The position numbers were made by a program, and so were the translations under genes. The notes beneath the pieces are model-generated. The model was not told the DNA's origin and ran no database searches. It saw only the letters and a list, made by a program, of their open reading frames with translations. Shown piece by piece: positions 38,265 through 48,442 of a DNA stretch of 64,000 nt (positions are counted from its first letter, which is position 1; each line of letters opens with the position of its first letter). Source of the DNA: a virus; the IMG/VR virus record IMGVR_UViG_3300017917_001434, positions 1-64,000 of that record, one strand, 5' to 3'.

Positions 38265-41200
38265 ATGTCCTTAATTAGACCACGTTTTTCACAACTTAAT
38301 ACAGTCGTAACAACTATCGACGATCCAATGACCGTGCTGAATAAAAGCGGCACATCAGCTAACATTGACGTTGGATTTATTATAAACAGAGATGGCGGCG
38401 CTAGTTCAAACCTAGCAATGATCTGGGACCAGACCGCTAACAACTTTGCTTTTGGTTTTACTACAGCCAGTGGACTTACCAATGCTAACATATCCATTGG
38501 TACATACGCTAATCTGCGTGCTGGAAGTTTCATTGGTGACGGTAGTCAACTAACTGGAATCAATACCAGCACTGATAAAATATTTTCAGGCAATAGTAAT
38601 GTCGTAGCAACATCAAATTATGTAAACATAGCAATAAACAACAGTAACGTAATATCGATACTAGACGATCTAGACACTCCAGGATATAACGACACCACCA
38701 AAGGTGATGTACGAATAAATGGTACGGTTAATATCACTGGTCAGGCCTATGCTAATTCAGGATTAGCTGTTAGAGGTGGAGTTGAAGCTAGAGAAAACAA
38801 TGCAGGAAGTTGGTCAACTCTAAGCAGTACTATACCACTGGTAGCAAGAAATACTGGTAGTGACACAGTAGCGTTTGGTTTGTATAACAGCGCAGGTGAT
38901 AATGAAAATATACTTCTGGTTAATTACCGCGGAAATTTACACATCAACAGTGGATCCAGCGATTTTGTTATAGTTAGCAATCGCGGAACTATAGTAAATG
39001 TTGAGACTGTATCAACTTCTACCAGCACAGGTGCTTTACAGGTCAAGGGCGGCGCAGGTATTGCTGGCAACTTATATGCCGCAACACTCTACGGCAATAT
39101 TGGCGGTGGTAGTACTCTTTCAAATGTCTATGTAACCGGCAGTTTAATTCCTACAGCAAACATAACCTATGATTTGGGTAGTCCAACGCAACGCTGGCGT
39201 GATGGTTGGTTTAGCGGCACTACTATCTACATTGGCTCTGAAGCAATGAGTGTAGATGAAAACGGTAAATGGTCATTTACCTCCAAAGGTGCTACAGTTG
39301 AATTAGGTAAAGAAGCAGATTTTAATCCTCCAAGTGCTAACATTTCTGGTAATGTGACCGCATCAGCATTTAATTTTGCCAATGGTGTATCAATGATGTC
39401 TGTAATTTCCAGTGCTATCACAGATACAAACACCGCTATGAAAGGTTATGTTGACGGGCATGTTAACAGTTTATCTTCAAATGCAGCGGTACAGGCCGGC
39501 GAGTTGGCTAATCTGTGGGCTAATGCAGGTGCACAATCGTCAACTATAACCACAGCCAATACTAACATGAAAGGTTATGTTGACAGCACTATTACTACAG
39601 CCAATACCAATTTAAAAGGTTATGTTGATGGACAGATTACAAATTTAGTCAATGGCGCACCAGCGACCCTGGACACATTAAAAGAGTTAGCTGCCGCATT
39701 AGGTAACGATGCTAATTTAAGTGTAACTATAACCAATCAGATTGCAAACGTAAACAGTAATATTACCACAGCTAATACTAATATGAAGGGTTACATTGAT
39801 GGACAACTATCATCAGTAACCGCTAACACTGGTGTACAAGCAGGTCTTATATCATCAGCAGAAGCAAATATAACACTAGCCAATACCAATATGAAGGGCT
39901 ATGTTGATGGGCAAATATCTACCGCTACTTCAGCAATAACCACAGCTAATACTAACTTAAAAGGTTATGTTGATGCAGCTAACACAATACAGTCAAATCA
40001 AATCTCAGGTGCTAACTCAGCAATAACCGCAGCTAATACCAATATGAAAGGTTATGTTGATGGCGAAATAACCACAATAGTTAGTAGAATAGATGCCGCA
40101 AACTCAGCAATAACCACAGCTAATACTAACTTAAAAGGTTACGTTGATTCTGCCAACACTATACAATCAAATCAGATCGCAGGCGCTAATTCAGCAATAA
40201 CCACAGCTAATACCAACATGAAGGGTTATGTTGATGGGCAGATATCAACTACCACCTCAGCAATAACCACAGCTAATACCAATATGAAGGGTTATGTTGA
40301 TGCGCAGGTGTCAGGTGCGAGCGGATATGGTAATGCTAATGTAGCCGCATACTTACCAACCTACAACGGTAACTTAACTACTGCTGGTATCTATACTGAT
40401 GGATATTTCTATGCCAATGGCACTGCTGTAAGTTTTAGTGGTGGCAGCAGTTCTTATGGTGATAGTAATGTAGCTGCGTACTTGACTACAAACCAATATG
40501 CAGTTATAGGTAACATCACTACAGCCAATACCAATATGAAAGGCTATGTTGATGCGGCTAACACAATACAGTCAAATCAGATCTCAGGTGCTAACTCAGC
40601 AATAACCACAGCTAATACCAACATGAAGGGGTATGTGGACGCACAGATCACAAACTTAGTTAACGGTGCTCCGGCTACTCTTGATACCCTAAATGAATTA
40701 GCCGCAGCTCTGGGCAACGATGCCAATTTAAGTGTGACTATAACCAATCAAATTGCAAATGTTAACAGCAACATTGGTACTGCTAATACCAATATGAAGG
40801 GTTATGTTGATAGTATTGCTTACAGTAACTCTAGTGTGGCAAGTTATCTGCCCTCATACTCTGGTAACGTAGCGTCATTAACTGTTGCTGGTAACATAAA
40901 TGTTGTAGGTAACTTATTGGCCAAAGGACTCAAAGGTAGTGATGGTCAATTACTATCTGCTACAGAAACTGGTCTAGCCTGGGTAAGTTTAGGCAACAGC
41001 CCACTGATTACCGACGACAATGGGACTACTGTTCAGACCAATGGACTGTTTGTTAATGTTGAAATTGACAGCAGTAATGTTGCTCGTTTTGAACCCAGCA
41101 AATTAACAGTATTTGGCAATGTCTATGCTGGCACCTTCTACGGTGATGGTAGTCAATTAACTGGTATAGCCGGTGAATATGGCAACGTTGATGTGGGCAC

Positions 41201-42857
41201 ATACCTGCCGACTTATAACGGCAACATAGGTAACTTAACATTAAACAGTTCGGCTACGATATTTGCTGGCAATACCACAGCAAATATTACCATTGGGGCA
41301 ACTACTTGGGGAGCCGAAGCCGTAAATAGAAAAATAACCATTGGCGGCATCGGGCAAAAGATTTACTTTGATGGTAACAGTAGCCAATACAGTTACATGG
41401 ATGATGATGAATTCTACATCTATGACGGTAAAAATAATGCCACAGCTTACTACAAAGCTAATCAGTTTGCACTTAATCGCAATGACTATACTGGTTATTT
41501 TGATGCTGGCCCAGGTACTCTAACTATTGGAGCCTATGTAGGCAACGATCGATCCTTTGTAGCCAACCTAAATATGGTTACTTGGGGTAATAGTACCGTC
41601 AGAACTACGATCGGTAACACTGGTATTACAACCACCGGAAATGTTACCGCGGGTAATGTAAGTGCCACTAACTTAACTGGTACACTACTAACAGCCGCAC
41701 AAACTAATATTACATCAGTTGGTAACTTGTCAAGTTTATCAACCAGTGGCACCGTTAGTGCTATTGGTCAAGTGCGTGCTAATAGTGGAATTGCTTCCAC
41801 TAGTACAACCACTGGAGCATTAACAGTTATCGGTGGTATCGGTGTTAGTGGTAACGTATACACCGGCGGTATTGTTGATATTACCAGCACTGCCGCAAGT
41901 ACAAGTACGTCAACTGGCGCACTGATTGTTGATGGTGGTGCCGGTATTGCTGGCAATGTTAACGCAGGTAACGTAAGTGCTACTAACTTAACTGGTACAC
42001 TACAAACAGCTGCACAGCCAAGTGTCACCAGCGTAGGTACGTTGACTAGTTTAGCTGTAAGTAACGGTCTAGCGGCTACTTTTGCTGTAACCGCCAACTC
42101 GTCAACATTTACAGATACTGTAAATGTTTCTACAACAAATAAAGTTATACGAGTAGTAAACAATCTACAAGATATTCATTTTAATGCTAATTTGGGTACC
42201 GGTAGCTACAACAATCTTGTTCAAGCCCGAGATGGCGGCATTATATTCTCTAACGGTACCCAAGGACAAGGTAACTTAACTATCGGTCCATGGATTTCAG
42301 GAACATCAGGAATTAGAATTGTTGGAAATACCGGACAAGTTACTGTTCCTGGTTTCTTAAATATCAACAGTAACAATAATGCTACTGCTATTGTGAACGG
42401 TGGTACCAACGGTGTTGGTAACATTGGTGCCAGTGGTGCTGGATTTAACACAGTATTTGCTCGTGCTACATCAGCACAGTACGCTGACTTAGCCGAGATC
42501 TATACCAGCGATCGCGACTATGTTCCGGGCACTGTACTAATATTTGGTGGTGAGCAAGAAGTTACTGTCAGCACGGAGTCACATGATCCGCGTGTAGCAG
42601 GTGTTGTATCCACTAACCCAGCCTACATCATGAACAACTCCTGTGATGGTGTAGAAGTTGCTCTACAAGGTCGTGTGCCAACTAAGGTACAGGGTCCTGT
42701 AAACAAAGGTGATAGACTTGTGACCAGTAGTACACAAGGTGCTGCAGAACGCTTAGACATGACCAAATATCAACCAGGTTGTATCATTGGTAAAGCACTA
42801 GAAGCTATTGCCGATGATAGTATACAAACTATCGAAGTTGTGGTTGGTCGCGTCTAA
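38265..42857 (+). CDS. Long tail fibre protein with coiled-coil repeats and C-terminal intramolecular chaperone
   Basis: 13 copies of about TANTN(M/L)KGY(V/I)D; two copies of LVNGAPATLDTL.ELAAALGND; C-terminal YADLAE...IEVVVGRV. Confidence 0.85.
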   Translation: MSLIRPRFSQLNTVVTTIDDPMTVLNKSGTSANIDVGFIINRDGGASSNLAMIWDQTANNFAFGFTTASGLTNANISIGTYANLRAGSFIGDGSQLTGINTSTDKIFSGNSNVVATSNYVNIAINNSNVISILDDLDTPGYNDTTKGDVRINGTVNITGQAYANSGLAVRGGVEARENNAGSWSTLSSTIPLVARNTGSDTVAFGLYNSAGDNENILLVNYRGNLHINSGSSDFVIVSNRGTIVNVETVSTSTSTGALQVKGGAGIAGNLYAATLYGNIGGGSTLSNVYVTGSLIPTANITYDLGSPTQRWRDGWFSGTTIYIGSEAMSVDENGKWSFTSKGATVELGKEADFNPPSANISGNVTASAFNFANGVSMMSVISSAITDTNTAMKGYVDGHVNSLSSNAAVQAGELANLWANAGAQSSTITTANTNMKGYVDSTITTANTNLKGYVDGQITNLVNGAPATLDTLKELAAALGNDANLSVTITNQIANVNSNITTANTNMKGYIDGQLSSVTANTGVQAGLISSAEANITLANTNMKGYVDGQISTATSAITTANTNLKGYVDAANTIQSNQISGANSAITAANTNMKGYVDGEITTIVSRIDAANSAITTANTNLKGYVDSANTIQSNQIAGANSAITTANTNMKGYVDGQISTTTSAITTANTNMKGYVDAQVSGASGYGNANVAAYLPTYNGNLTTAGIYTDGYFYANGTAVSFSGGSSSYGDSNVAAYLTTNQYAVIGNITTANTNMKGYVDAANTIQSNQISGANSAITTANTNMKGYVDAQITNLVNGAPATLDTLNELAAALGNDANLSVTITNQIANVNSNIGTANTNMKGYVDSIAYSNSSVASYLPSYSGNVASLTVAGNINVVGNLLAKGLKGSDGQLLSATETGLAWVSLGNSPLITDDNGTTVQTNGLFVNVEIDSSNVARFEPSKLTVFGNVYAGTFYGDGSQLTGIAGEYGNVDVGTYLPTYNGNIGNLTLNSSATIFAGNTTANITIGATTWGAEAVNRKITIGGIGQKIYFDGNSSQYSYMDDDEFYIYDGKNNATAYYKANQFALNRNDYTGYFDAGPGTLTIGAYVGNDRSFVANLNMVTWGNSTVRTTIGNTGITTTGNVTAGNVSATNLTGTLLTAAQTNITSVGNLSSLSTSGTVSAIGQVRANSGIASTSTTTGALTVIGGIGVSGNVYTGGIVDITSTAASTSTSTGALIVDGGAGIAGNVNAGNVSATNLTGTLQTAAQPSVTSVGTLTSLAVSNGLAATFAVTANSSTFTDTVNVSTTNKVIRVVNNLQDIHFNANLGTGSYNNLVQARDGGIIFSNGTQGQGNLTIGPWISGTSGIRIVGNTGQVTVPGFLNINSNNNATAIVNGGTNGVGNIGASGAGFNTVFARATSAQYADLAEIYTSDRDYVPGTVLIFGGEQEVTVSTESHDPRVAGVVSTNPAYIMNNSCDGVEVALQGRVPTKVQGPVNKGDRLVTSSTQGAAERLDMTKYQPGCIIGKALEAIADDSIQTIEVVVGRV
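39420..40812 (+). repeat. Coding repeat array (TANTNMKGYVD) in the tail fibre gene
   Basis: Recurrent ACCACAGCTAATACYAAYATGAARGGTTATGTTGA-like units with variable in-frame linkers. Confidence 0.9.
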
Positions 42858-42864
42858 AAACCTC

Positions 42865-42893
42865 TTGACTTTTACTCAAAAAGGCTGTACAAT
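42865..42893 (+). promoter_or_regulatory. sigma70-type promoter
   Basis: TTGACT-N17-TACAAT. Confidence 0.7.
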
Positions 42894-42923
42894 ACGCTTA
42901 TACTTAATTAATAGGCGTATTCT

Positions 42924-44255
42924 ATGGACTTTCCTTGGCAGGTAATCAGCGCACTAGAAACACACAATCTGCGCACTAACAAAGAACAAATTATTGAAGC
43001 GCAAGTCAGTGAAAAGAATACAGAATTCTTTGCAGGCTGTAGACTTGCTCTTGATCCTATGATTACATTTGGGGTTCGGCAAATTGATGAAAAAACCAAT
43101 GAACCTCCTAAACCCGGTACTGGCACAGGACTCAGCTGGGCAGGATTCCAACAACTAGCCGACCGACTGTCTAGTCGCGCCCTAACAGGCAACGAAGCAC
43201 AAATAGCACTTACACATGCACGTCAAAAAGCCACAGTAGAACAGTGGAACCTGTGGTATCGCCGCATTTTAATTAAAGATCTACGCTGCGGTGTAACAGA
43301 AAAAACAATTAACAAAGTAGTGGAGAAACATAATGCTAAAGATTACGCTATTCCTGTGTTTACTTGTCAACTTGCTCACGACAGCGCCAATCATGAAACT
43401 AAGGTTACGGGACAGCGACTCATCGAAGTCAAACTTGATGGAGTACGTGTTATTGCTATTGTCTATCCAAATGGCACTGTTAGTCTTTTTAGCCGGAACG
43501 GTAAACAGCTAACAAACTTCCCATTGGTTGAACAACAACTGAGCAAACACGCTATATTTTTTGCTGAACCCATAGTACTTGATGGCGAAATTATGAGTGC
43601 TAGTTTTCAGGATTTAATGAAACAAGTACACCGTAAAAGTGATGTACAGAGCGAAGATGCCGTACTAAATTTGTTCGACATCATAACATTACGCGAGTTT
43701 CAAGCTGGTCGCAGTGAACACAGGCAAATTGACCGTAGTGTAAGTTTAGCACATTGGTACAATCAATTTGCTGATCATATGCCCAATGTTACAGTAGTAG
43801 GGCAAGAGCTAGTTGACTTAAATACAGATGAAGGGCAACAGCGTTTTAAACAAATTAACGCGGAAGCCATTGCTGGTGGGTACGAAGGTATTATGATCAA
43901 AGACCCAGAAGCAGTGTACGAATGTAAACGTACAGTTAATTGGCTTAAACTCAAGCCATTTATTGAAGTTAGTTTGGAGGTTAAACATGTGGAAGAAGGT
44001 ACTGGAAGGAATGAAGGACGACTTGGCGCCCTTGTTTGCGAAGGAATCGACGATGGGCGACAGATATCTGTCAATGTTGGTAGCGGTTTCAGTGACAGTG
44101 ATCGTAGCCTGTTTTGGAGCGATCGTAGTAGAATTATTGGAAATATTGTGGAAGTGAGAGCAGATGCTGTTACGCAAAATCAAGACGGCACTTACTCGCT
44201 ACGTTTTCCTAGGTTCTTGCGTTTTAGAGGCTTTGAAATTGGCGAAAAACTATAA
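42924..44255 (+). CDS. ATP-dependent DNA ligase
   Basis: EVKLDGVR (motif I), LDGEI, EGIMIK, WLKLK, SLRFPRF. Confidence 0.93.
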   Translation: MDFPWQVISALETHNLRTNKEQIIEAQVSEKNTEFFAGCRLALDPMITFGVRQIDEKTNEPPKPGTGTGLSWAGFQQLADRLSSRALTGNEAQIALTHARQKATVEQWNLWYRRILIKDLRCGVTEKTINKVVEKHNAKDYAIPVFTCQLAHDSANHETKVTGQRLIEVKLDGVRVIAIVYPNGTVSLFSRNGKQLTNFPLVEQQLSKHAIFFAEPIVLDGEIMSASFQDLMKQVHRKSDVQSEDAVLNLFDIITLREFQAGRSEHRQIDRSVSLAHWYNQFADHMPNVTVVGQELVDLNTDEGQQRFKQINAEAIAGGYEGIMIKDPEAVYECKRTVNWLKLKPFIEVSLEVKHVEEGTGRNEGRLGALVCEGIDDGRQISVNVGSGFSDSDRSLFWSDRSRIIGNIVEVRADAVTQNQDGTYSLRFPRFLRFRGFEIGEKL

Positions 44256-44496
44256 ACTAATACAAGAAGCAGACAAAGATCGGGTTTACGGTGCGCTCAA
44301 AGAGTTTACTCATAATAGTAAACTCTGGCGGCACAGTGATGTTGGCCGCGAATACTGCTATCTGACTGAAGAAGGACGTGAAGTTATAGCGGACTTTATG
44401 GAAGATATCTTGCGCACTGTTGACGTACTAGACCGCAAGGCCTTAGAACAACGGGCTAAAGAAGTTGTTTGGTCCGAACTTAAAGGAAAAGATTAA
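44239..44496 (+). CDS. Hypothetical protein
   Basis: Probable TTG start after GAGG; start uncertain. Confidence 0.55.
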   Translation: MAKNYKLIQEADKDRVYGALKEFTHNSKLWRHSDVGREYCYLTEEGREVIADFMEDILRTVDVLDRKALEQRAKEVVWSELKGKD

Positions 44497-44549
44497 TGTT
44501 ATTAGGTTGGGGTAGTGACGCATTTACACTGGCAAAGGAAAGGAATCGT

Positions 44550-44819
44550 ATGATATTGACACGCACAGAACTTATTGAAGCATTATCCGCACATAAATGT
44601 GTAGTAAAGTTTACTAAAGTAAATGGTGAAGTAAGAGAAATGCCCTGTACTCTGCGTGAAGATATTGTGCCCAAATATGAGCACAAAACTGAACGGTCCA
44701 AACAACCAAATGAAAAGGTCCTAAGTGTTTGGTGCTTGGATAAGCAGGAATGGCGCAGTTTTCGAGTGGACAGCGTACTAGAACTACGCTTAGACTTGGG
44801 CATGCCTGTAGTTGTATAA
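44550..44819 (+). CDS. WYL_2/SH3-like beta-barrel protein
   Basis: VKFTKVNGEVREMPCTL...VW.LDK..WRSFR.D. Confidence 0.8.
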   Translation: MILTRTELIEALSAHKCVVKFTKVNGEVREMPCTLREDIVPKYEHKTERSKQPNEKVLSVWCLDKQEWRSFRVDSVLELRLDLGMPVVV

Positions 44820-44846
44820 TTTTGGTAAAAAAGAGGCAAAAAGTGG

Positions 44847-44875
44847 TTGACAATAATACCAAATGAGTGTATTAT
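44847..44875 (+). promoter_or_regulatory. sigma70-type promoter
   Basis: TTGACA-N17-TATTAT. Confidence 0.7.
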
Positions 44876-44942
44876 ATACACATGCTTAGATATTAAGCAG
44901 TTGTTGTTTTTCTTTCTTTTAATTTAAATGGAGATGTAACAC

Positions 44943-45191
44943 ATGGCTAATTTGGCTAAAGTATCAAATCAAAAGGCATTTTTAGAGAAGTATTTGCGCG
45001 GTACAGGTCGTACATTGTCAGTAGCACAAGCTAAGGCAAACTACGGTATTGAAAAGTTGTCAGCTCGTATTAGCGAAATGCGTGATGCAGGTTTAGTTGT
45101 TTACACAGATGTAAACTCAAAAGGTAACACAACTTACCGTATCGTAGCTCGTGACGTAAACGGTTCACGTGCTGCTAAGTTTGCTGAGTAA
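44943..45191 (+). CDS. Small winged helix-turn-helix DNA-binding protein
   Basis: GRTLS..QA...YGI..LSARISEMR..G. Confidence 0.75.
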   Translation: MANLAKVSNQKAFLEKYLRGTGRTLSVAQAKANYGIEKLSARISEMRDAGLVVYTDVNSKGNTTYRIVARDVNGSRAAKFAE

Positions 45192-45213
45192 TATTAGCTA
45201 AAATTGTAGTGAT

Positions 45214-45240
45214 AAAAAAGCCCGCTTTGGCGGGCTTTTT
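45214..45240. terminator. Bidirectional terminator
   Basis: AAAAAGCCCGC-TTTG-GCGGGCTTTTT between convergent genes. Confidence 0.85.
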
Positions 45241-45246
45241 AATGAA

Positions 45247-45624
45247 TTATAAAACTCGTTGCGATGGTCTATCGATAGTTAAACGTTCCCACCCAGTATG
45301 GTCGGGGTTGGCTACTTCTGTAATAGGACTGGTGATATTATTATCGTTTTGATACAAATCTACTTCGTCGGCATTAGCTGAAGTTTTCCACAGTGGAATA
45401 TACTGTAATGCTGTATCTTTATAGCTAGCAAAAAAAGCATCATCATTAAAATGATGATCTACGGTAATAACTAAATCTCTATCTTCGTGCCCTTGTATAT
45501 AACTTTCAACACCAGCGGCCTCAAGTGCATTAAAATTTGATTCAAGTACCATTGGCCAAATATCAAACGGCCAAACAGTGCTAATATTTGGTCTTGTCAT
45601 TACTACTCTTAGAGAAACTGACAT
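45247..45624 (-). CDS. Hypothetical protein
   Basis: GAGGAG RBS; TAAATA upstream. Confidence 0.65.
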   Translation of the reverse strand: MSVSLRVVMTRPNISTVWPFDIWPMVLESNFNALEAAGVESYIQGHEDRDLVITVDHHFNDDAFFASYKDTALQYIPLWKTSANADEVDLYQNDNNITSPITEVANPDHTGWERLTIDRPSQRVL

Positions 45625-45670
45625 GTAAAACTCCTCAATAATAACTGTATTTAGCTAAGATATATTTAGA

Positions 45671-45699
45671 TTGACTTTTTAGTTAAATGAGTGTATAAT
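45671..45699 (+). promoter_or_regulatory. Early promoter, variant of the conserved-spacer family
   Basis: TTGACT-TTTTAGTTAAATGAGTG-TATAAT. Confidence 0.75.
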
Positions 45700-45731
45700 G
45701 TTTTTGTAATTAACAATTATGGCTCACTATT

Positions 45732-46316
45732 ATGGCATCTACTAGAACTTATTTGGCCTTAGGCGCGGCAGTTTTTGCAGGTAATGTAGCATATCACGCT
45801 GTTAATTCAGATAGCAATCGTATTTCTAGTGTAGAATCACAGGTAGCAGAAATACGTGAAGAAGTTGAGGAAATTAAAGAGGTTGTACTAGCCTATCAAT
45901 CTATACAGATTAAGTACAATCAAAAAGACGTAGAATGTTTGGCTCGTAATATCTATTGGGAAGCAGGAGTTGAGCCAATGACAGGCAAACTTGCTGTAGG
46001 TATTATTACCCTAAATCGTGTTAAAACTAAGCACTGGGGGCGTAATATCTGTGACGTAGTTTATAGTCCGGCACAGTTTTCCTGGACCCAAAAACGCAAA
46101 CGTGCTTGGGTCAAACTCGAAGGCAAGGCATGGAAAGAAAGTCAAACAGCTGCTCGAGCAGTGTTAGACGGCATTACAGTTAAACAGTTAAACAAGGCAC
46201 TATTTTATCACGCAGATTATGTACAGCCTAAATGGCGTGATCGCAGTAAACAGGTAACAAAAATTGGTCGGCATATTTTTTACACACAGGCAAAGGATAC
46301 AAACATTAAGTTATGA
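45732..46316 (+). CDS. Cell wall hydrolase, SleB/Hydrolase_2 family
   Basis: CLARNIYWEA, NRV, QFSW, FYHA.YV.P.W, IGRHIFY. Confidence 0.9.
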   Translation: MASTRTYLALGAAVFAGNVAYHAVNSDSNRISSVESQVAEIREEVEEIKEVVLAYQSIQIKYNQKDVECLARNIYWEAGVEPMTGKLAVGIITLNRVKTKHWGRNICDVVYSPAQFSWTQKRKRAWVKLEGKAWKESQTAARAVLDGITVKQLNKALFYHADYVQPKWRDRSKQVTKIGRHIFYTQAKDTNIKL

Positions 46317-46777
46317 AATATTTTAGTTATGGTATGAACACTAATTTAGGCAGTATGGCCATGCGTTGTCCTAAAGCTCGTAGTCTAGGTGCCGCTGTGT
46401 TGCCGCACTACAAGTTTGAATTTAAATCGTTTGCTACAGTTACTCCCAAGATGGATGAAAACGCACACGGAGTTTTGTGGGAAATTACACCGGATTGTGA
46501 GCGCAGTCTGGACATGTTAGAGGGCTATCCTGTTTACTACGGTAAGATTAATGTATGGGTGGAACACGAAGGTATTATGGTTCCTTGTATGACCTATTTA
46601 ATGTATCCCGAAGAAGAGTATAATTACCCCAGCGATAGCTATGTACGTATGTTAGAAGAAGGGTATCGAGCGCACGGTATCAGCACGCTACAAATTGACG
46701 AAGCATTAAGAGACATAGATTACAAATTTGGATTGACAGAACCCAATCATTACTCTAAAATGTATACTACAGCATAG
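46313..46777 (+). CDS. Gamma-glutamylcyclotransferase (AIG2-like) protein
   Basis: YFSYG.N...M..RCP, GVLWEI, LD..EGYP..Y, PS..Y. Confidence 0.85.
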   Translation: MKYFSYGMNTNLGSMAMRCPKARSLGAAVLPHYKFEFKSFATVTPKMDENAHGVLWEITPDCERSLDMLEGYPVYYGKINVWVEHEGIMVPCMTYLMYPEEEYNYPSDSYVRMLEEGYRAHGISTLQIDEALRDIDYKFGLTEPNHYSKMYTTA

Positions 46778-46786
46778 GAAAAAATT

Positions 46787-47494
46787 ATGGCAACAGATCA
46801 GGAAAAAGAGCAGTTAATGCAGACACTTCGATTTACACCACGCAAATATAAAGTTGAGATTTTTGGTTATGGTGGTGAGATTTATTGGGGCAGTGTTGAC
46901 CGTAAAATTTACGATTTCTTTAAAGATAAAGAAATTGACATCAGCCAGTACGCCAGCGACTGGGACGATGACAAATGGGCAGATATTCCCGAGGACCTGC
47001 GCCCATTTCCGCCAGGAGCACCCTATGAATGCGACCACGGGTGTCATCAATCAGGTGCAACATTCGACAGTGGCAGTACTATCGTAGTCTACGACGAACA
47101 CGGCGAAGAAGTTTGGCGAAGTGACTTAGATGGGCGATCGCTAAACGATCAAGAGATTCCTGCAGAAGAAACAGAAGAACTCTACATCAATGAGTACGAC
47201 GAAGGCACTGTGGTATTTTTTGGTGCACAAGGTGAAAAAGGTCTATTCTTTGGCAATGATTTTGAACTTCGCGCACCATTTGACCCTAAAAAACTTTTTA
47301 TCAGCTACGGCGACTACGATGGTTGGCTTATAGTAAACGGTGTACAGTACGATGGCGAAGACATCGACGGTAGTGATTATGATACATCAGGTAAATGGGG
47401 CGAGGCTAAATGGCTTATCGTCGGCGAGACTGAGGAAGTCTACGAAGGTGTAGAACGTGATGATGATTTTGGTAGTGAAGAGGACGAAGATTAA
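46787..47494 (+). CDS. Acidic hypothetical phage protein
   Basis: 235-aa ORF with RBS; GYGGE and EKG.FF. Confidence 0.7.
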   Translation: MATDQEKEQLMQTLRFTPRKYKVEIFGYGGEIYWGSVDRKIYDFFKDKEIDISQYASDWDDDKWADIPEDLRPFPPGAPYECDHGCHQSGATFDSGSTIVVYDEHGEEVWRSDLDGRSLNDQEIPAEETEELYINEYDEGTVVFFGAQGEKGLFFGNDFELRAPFDPKKLFISYGDYDGWLIVNGVQYDGEDIDGSDYDTSGKWGEAKWLIVGETEEVYEGVERDDDFGSEEDED

Positions 47495-47877
47495 TGGCTG
47501 CAGTATATCCAGGATACGGCGCTGTGCCTCCAGGTAAAACGGCCAATCTGACAGTAGGCGGAGGCGCTGGGGGTGCTACGTCAGGGCAAGTGCTGACCAT
47601 TAGTAATGGCACTGGCACTACCTATGCTACCGCTAATACTACCTGGAGTGCTAGTGCTAAAACCACAGCCAAGGGTGAACTACACCTAGAAGGCGAAAAT
47701 GCTGACTTAGTCATCAACGGTGTTAGACTAAGCGAAACGCTGAAAGCTATTACTGATAGACTAGCAGTCTTACAGCCCAAACCAGAATTACTCAGCAAGT
47801 ATGACAACCTACGTCAAGCCTACGAACACTATAAAACACTCGAAGCACTACTACATGAAGAAACATCAGATAAGTGA
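47494..47877 (+). CDS. Hypothetical phage protein
   Basis: TAATG coupling; RLAVLQP...YEHYKTLEALL. Confidence 0.65.
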   Translation: MAAVYPGYGAVPPGKTANLTVGGGAGGATSGQVLTISNGTGTTYATANTTWSASAKTTAKGELHLEGENADLVINGVRLSETLKAITDRLAVLQPKPELLSKYDNLRQAYEHYKTLEALLHEETSDK

Positions 47878-48049
47878 TACTGTAGTAGACATTAGGGACA
47901 ACAGTCAAATTGCTAGGATGGCTGACTGGTGTAAAAGTAATCTTGCTACAGAAGAGTGGGATTATACCGTAATAACTATGTTTCCTTTGTGGATTAGATT
48001 CCGTTTTCACTGCCCAAAAACCAAACTTTTAGCCATACTTAGCTCTTGA
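47855..48049 (+). CDS. Hypothetical protein
   Basis: Packed ORF; start uncertain. Confidence 0.5.
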   Translation: MKKHQISDTVVDIRDNSQIARMADWCKSNLATEEWDYTVITMFPLWIRFRFHCPKTKLLAILSS

Positions 48050-48074
48050 CATTTTGGTAAAATTGTAGTATAAT
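48046..48074 (+). promoter_or_regulatory. Early promoter of the conserved-spacer family
   Basis: TTGACA-TTTTGGTAAAATTGTAG-TATAAT. Confidence 0.85.
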
Positions 48075-48106
48075 ACTGTTAAATAATGTTAATACAGGAG
48101 CAGACT

Positions 48107-48442
48107 ATGTCAATTTTACTTAATATTTTAATATTTTATGCGGTAATTTGTACGGTATTGTGTACACTGTTTTTCTTTGGACTAGCTAAACATGTACGTA
48201 AAGCTCTAAAAAAAGAAGACTCGGTTGAACAAATTCGTAAATCAATTAAGCTGGTTTATATAGAAAAAGTTGATGATATTAACTATATGTATGACGGGCT
48301 AACACACAATTTTATCACACAAGCAGACACAGAAGAACAAATGTGGACAAATGCCAAGTTGCGTTTTCCTGACAAAGAGTTTATAATTAGAGGTGAAAGT
48401 GGCAATGCCACTGTGGTTAGTGTAAACGTGAAAGGCGCATAA
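48107..48442 (+). CDS. Membrane-anchored hypothetical protein
   Basis: AGGAG RBS; N-terminal TM. Confidence 0.65.
   Translation: MSILLNILIFYAVICTVLCTLFFFGLAKHVRKALKKEDSVEQIRKSIKLVYIEKVDDINYMYDGLTHNFITQADTEEQMWTNAKLRFPDKEFIIRGESGNATVVSVNVKGA

Noticed and set aside
39420-40812. CRISPR-like repeat/spacer array
   Set aside because: The repeats vary at synonymous positions, have irregular spacing and lie in frame in a 1530-aa fibre ORF. No cas genes are present.
32669-41953. Diversity-generating retroelement template/variable repeat pair
   Set aside because: Both copies are internal and coding, with only three mismatches, and no reverse transcriptase is in the window.
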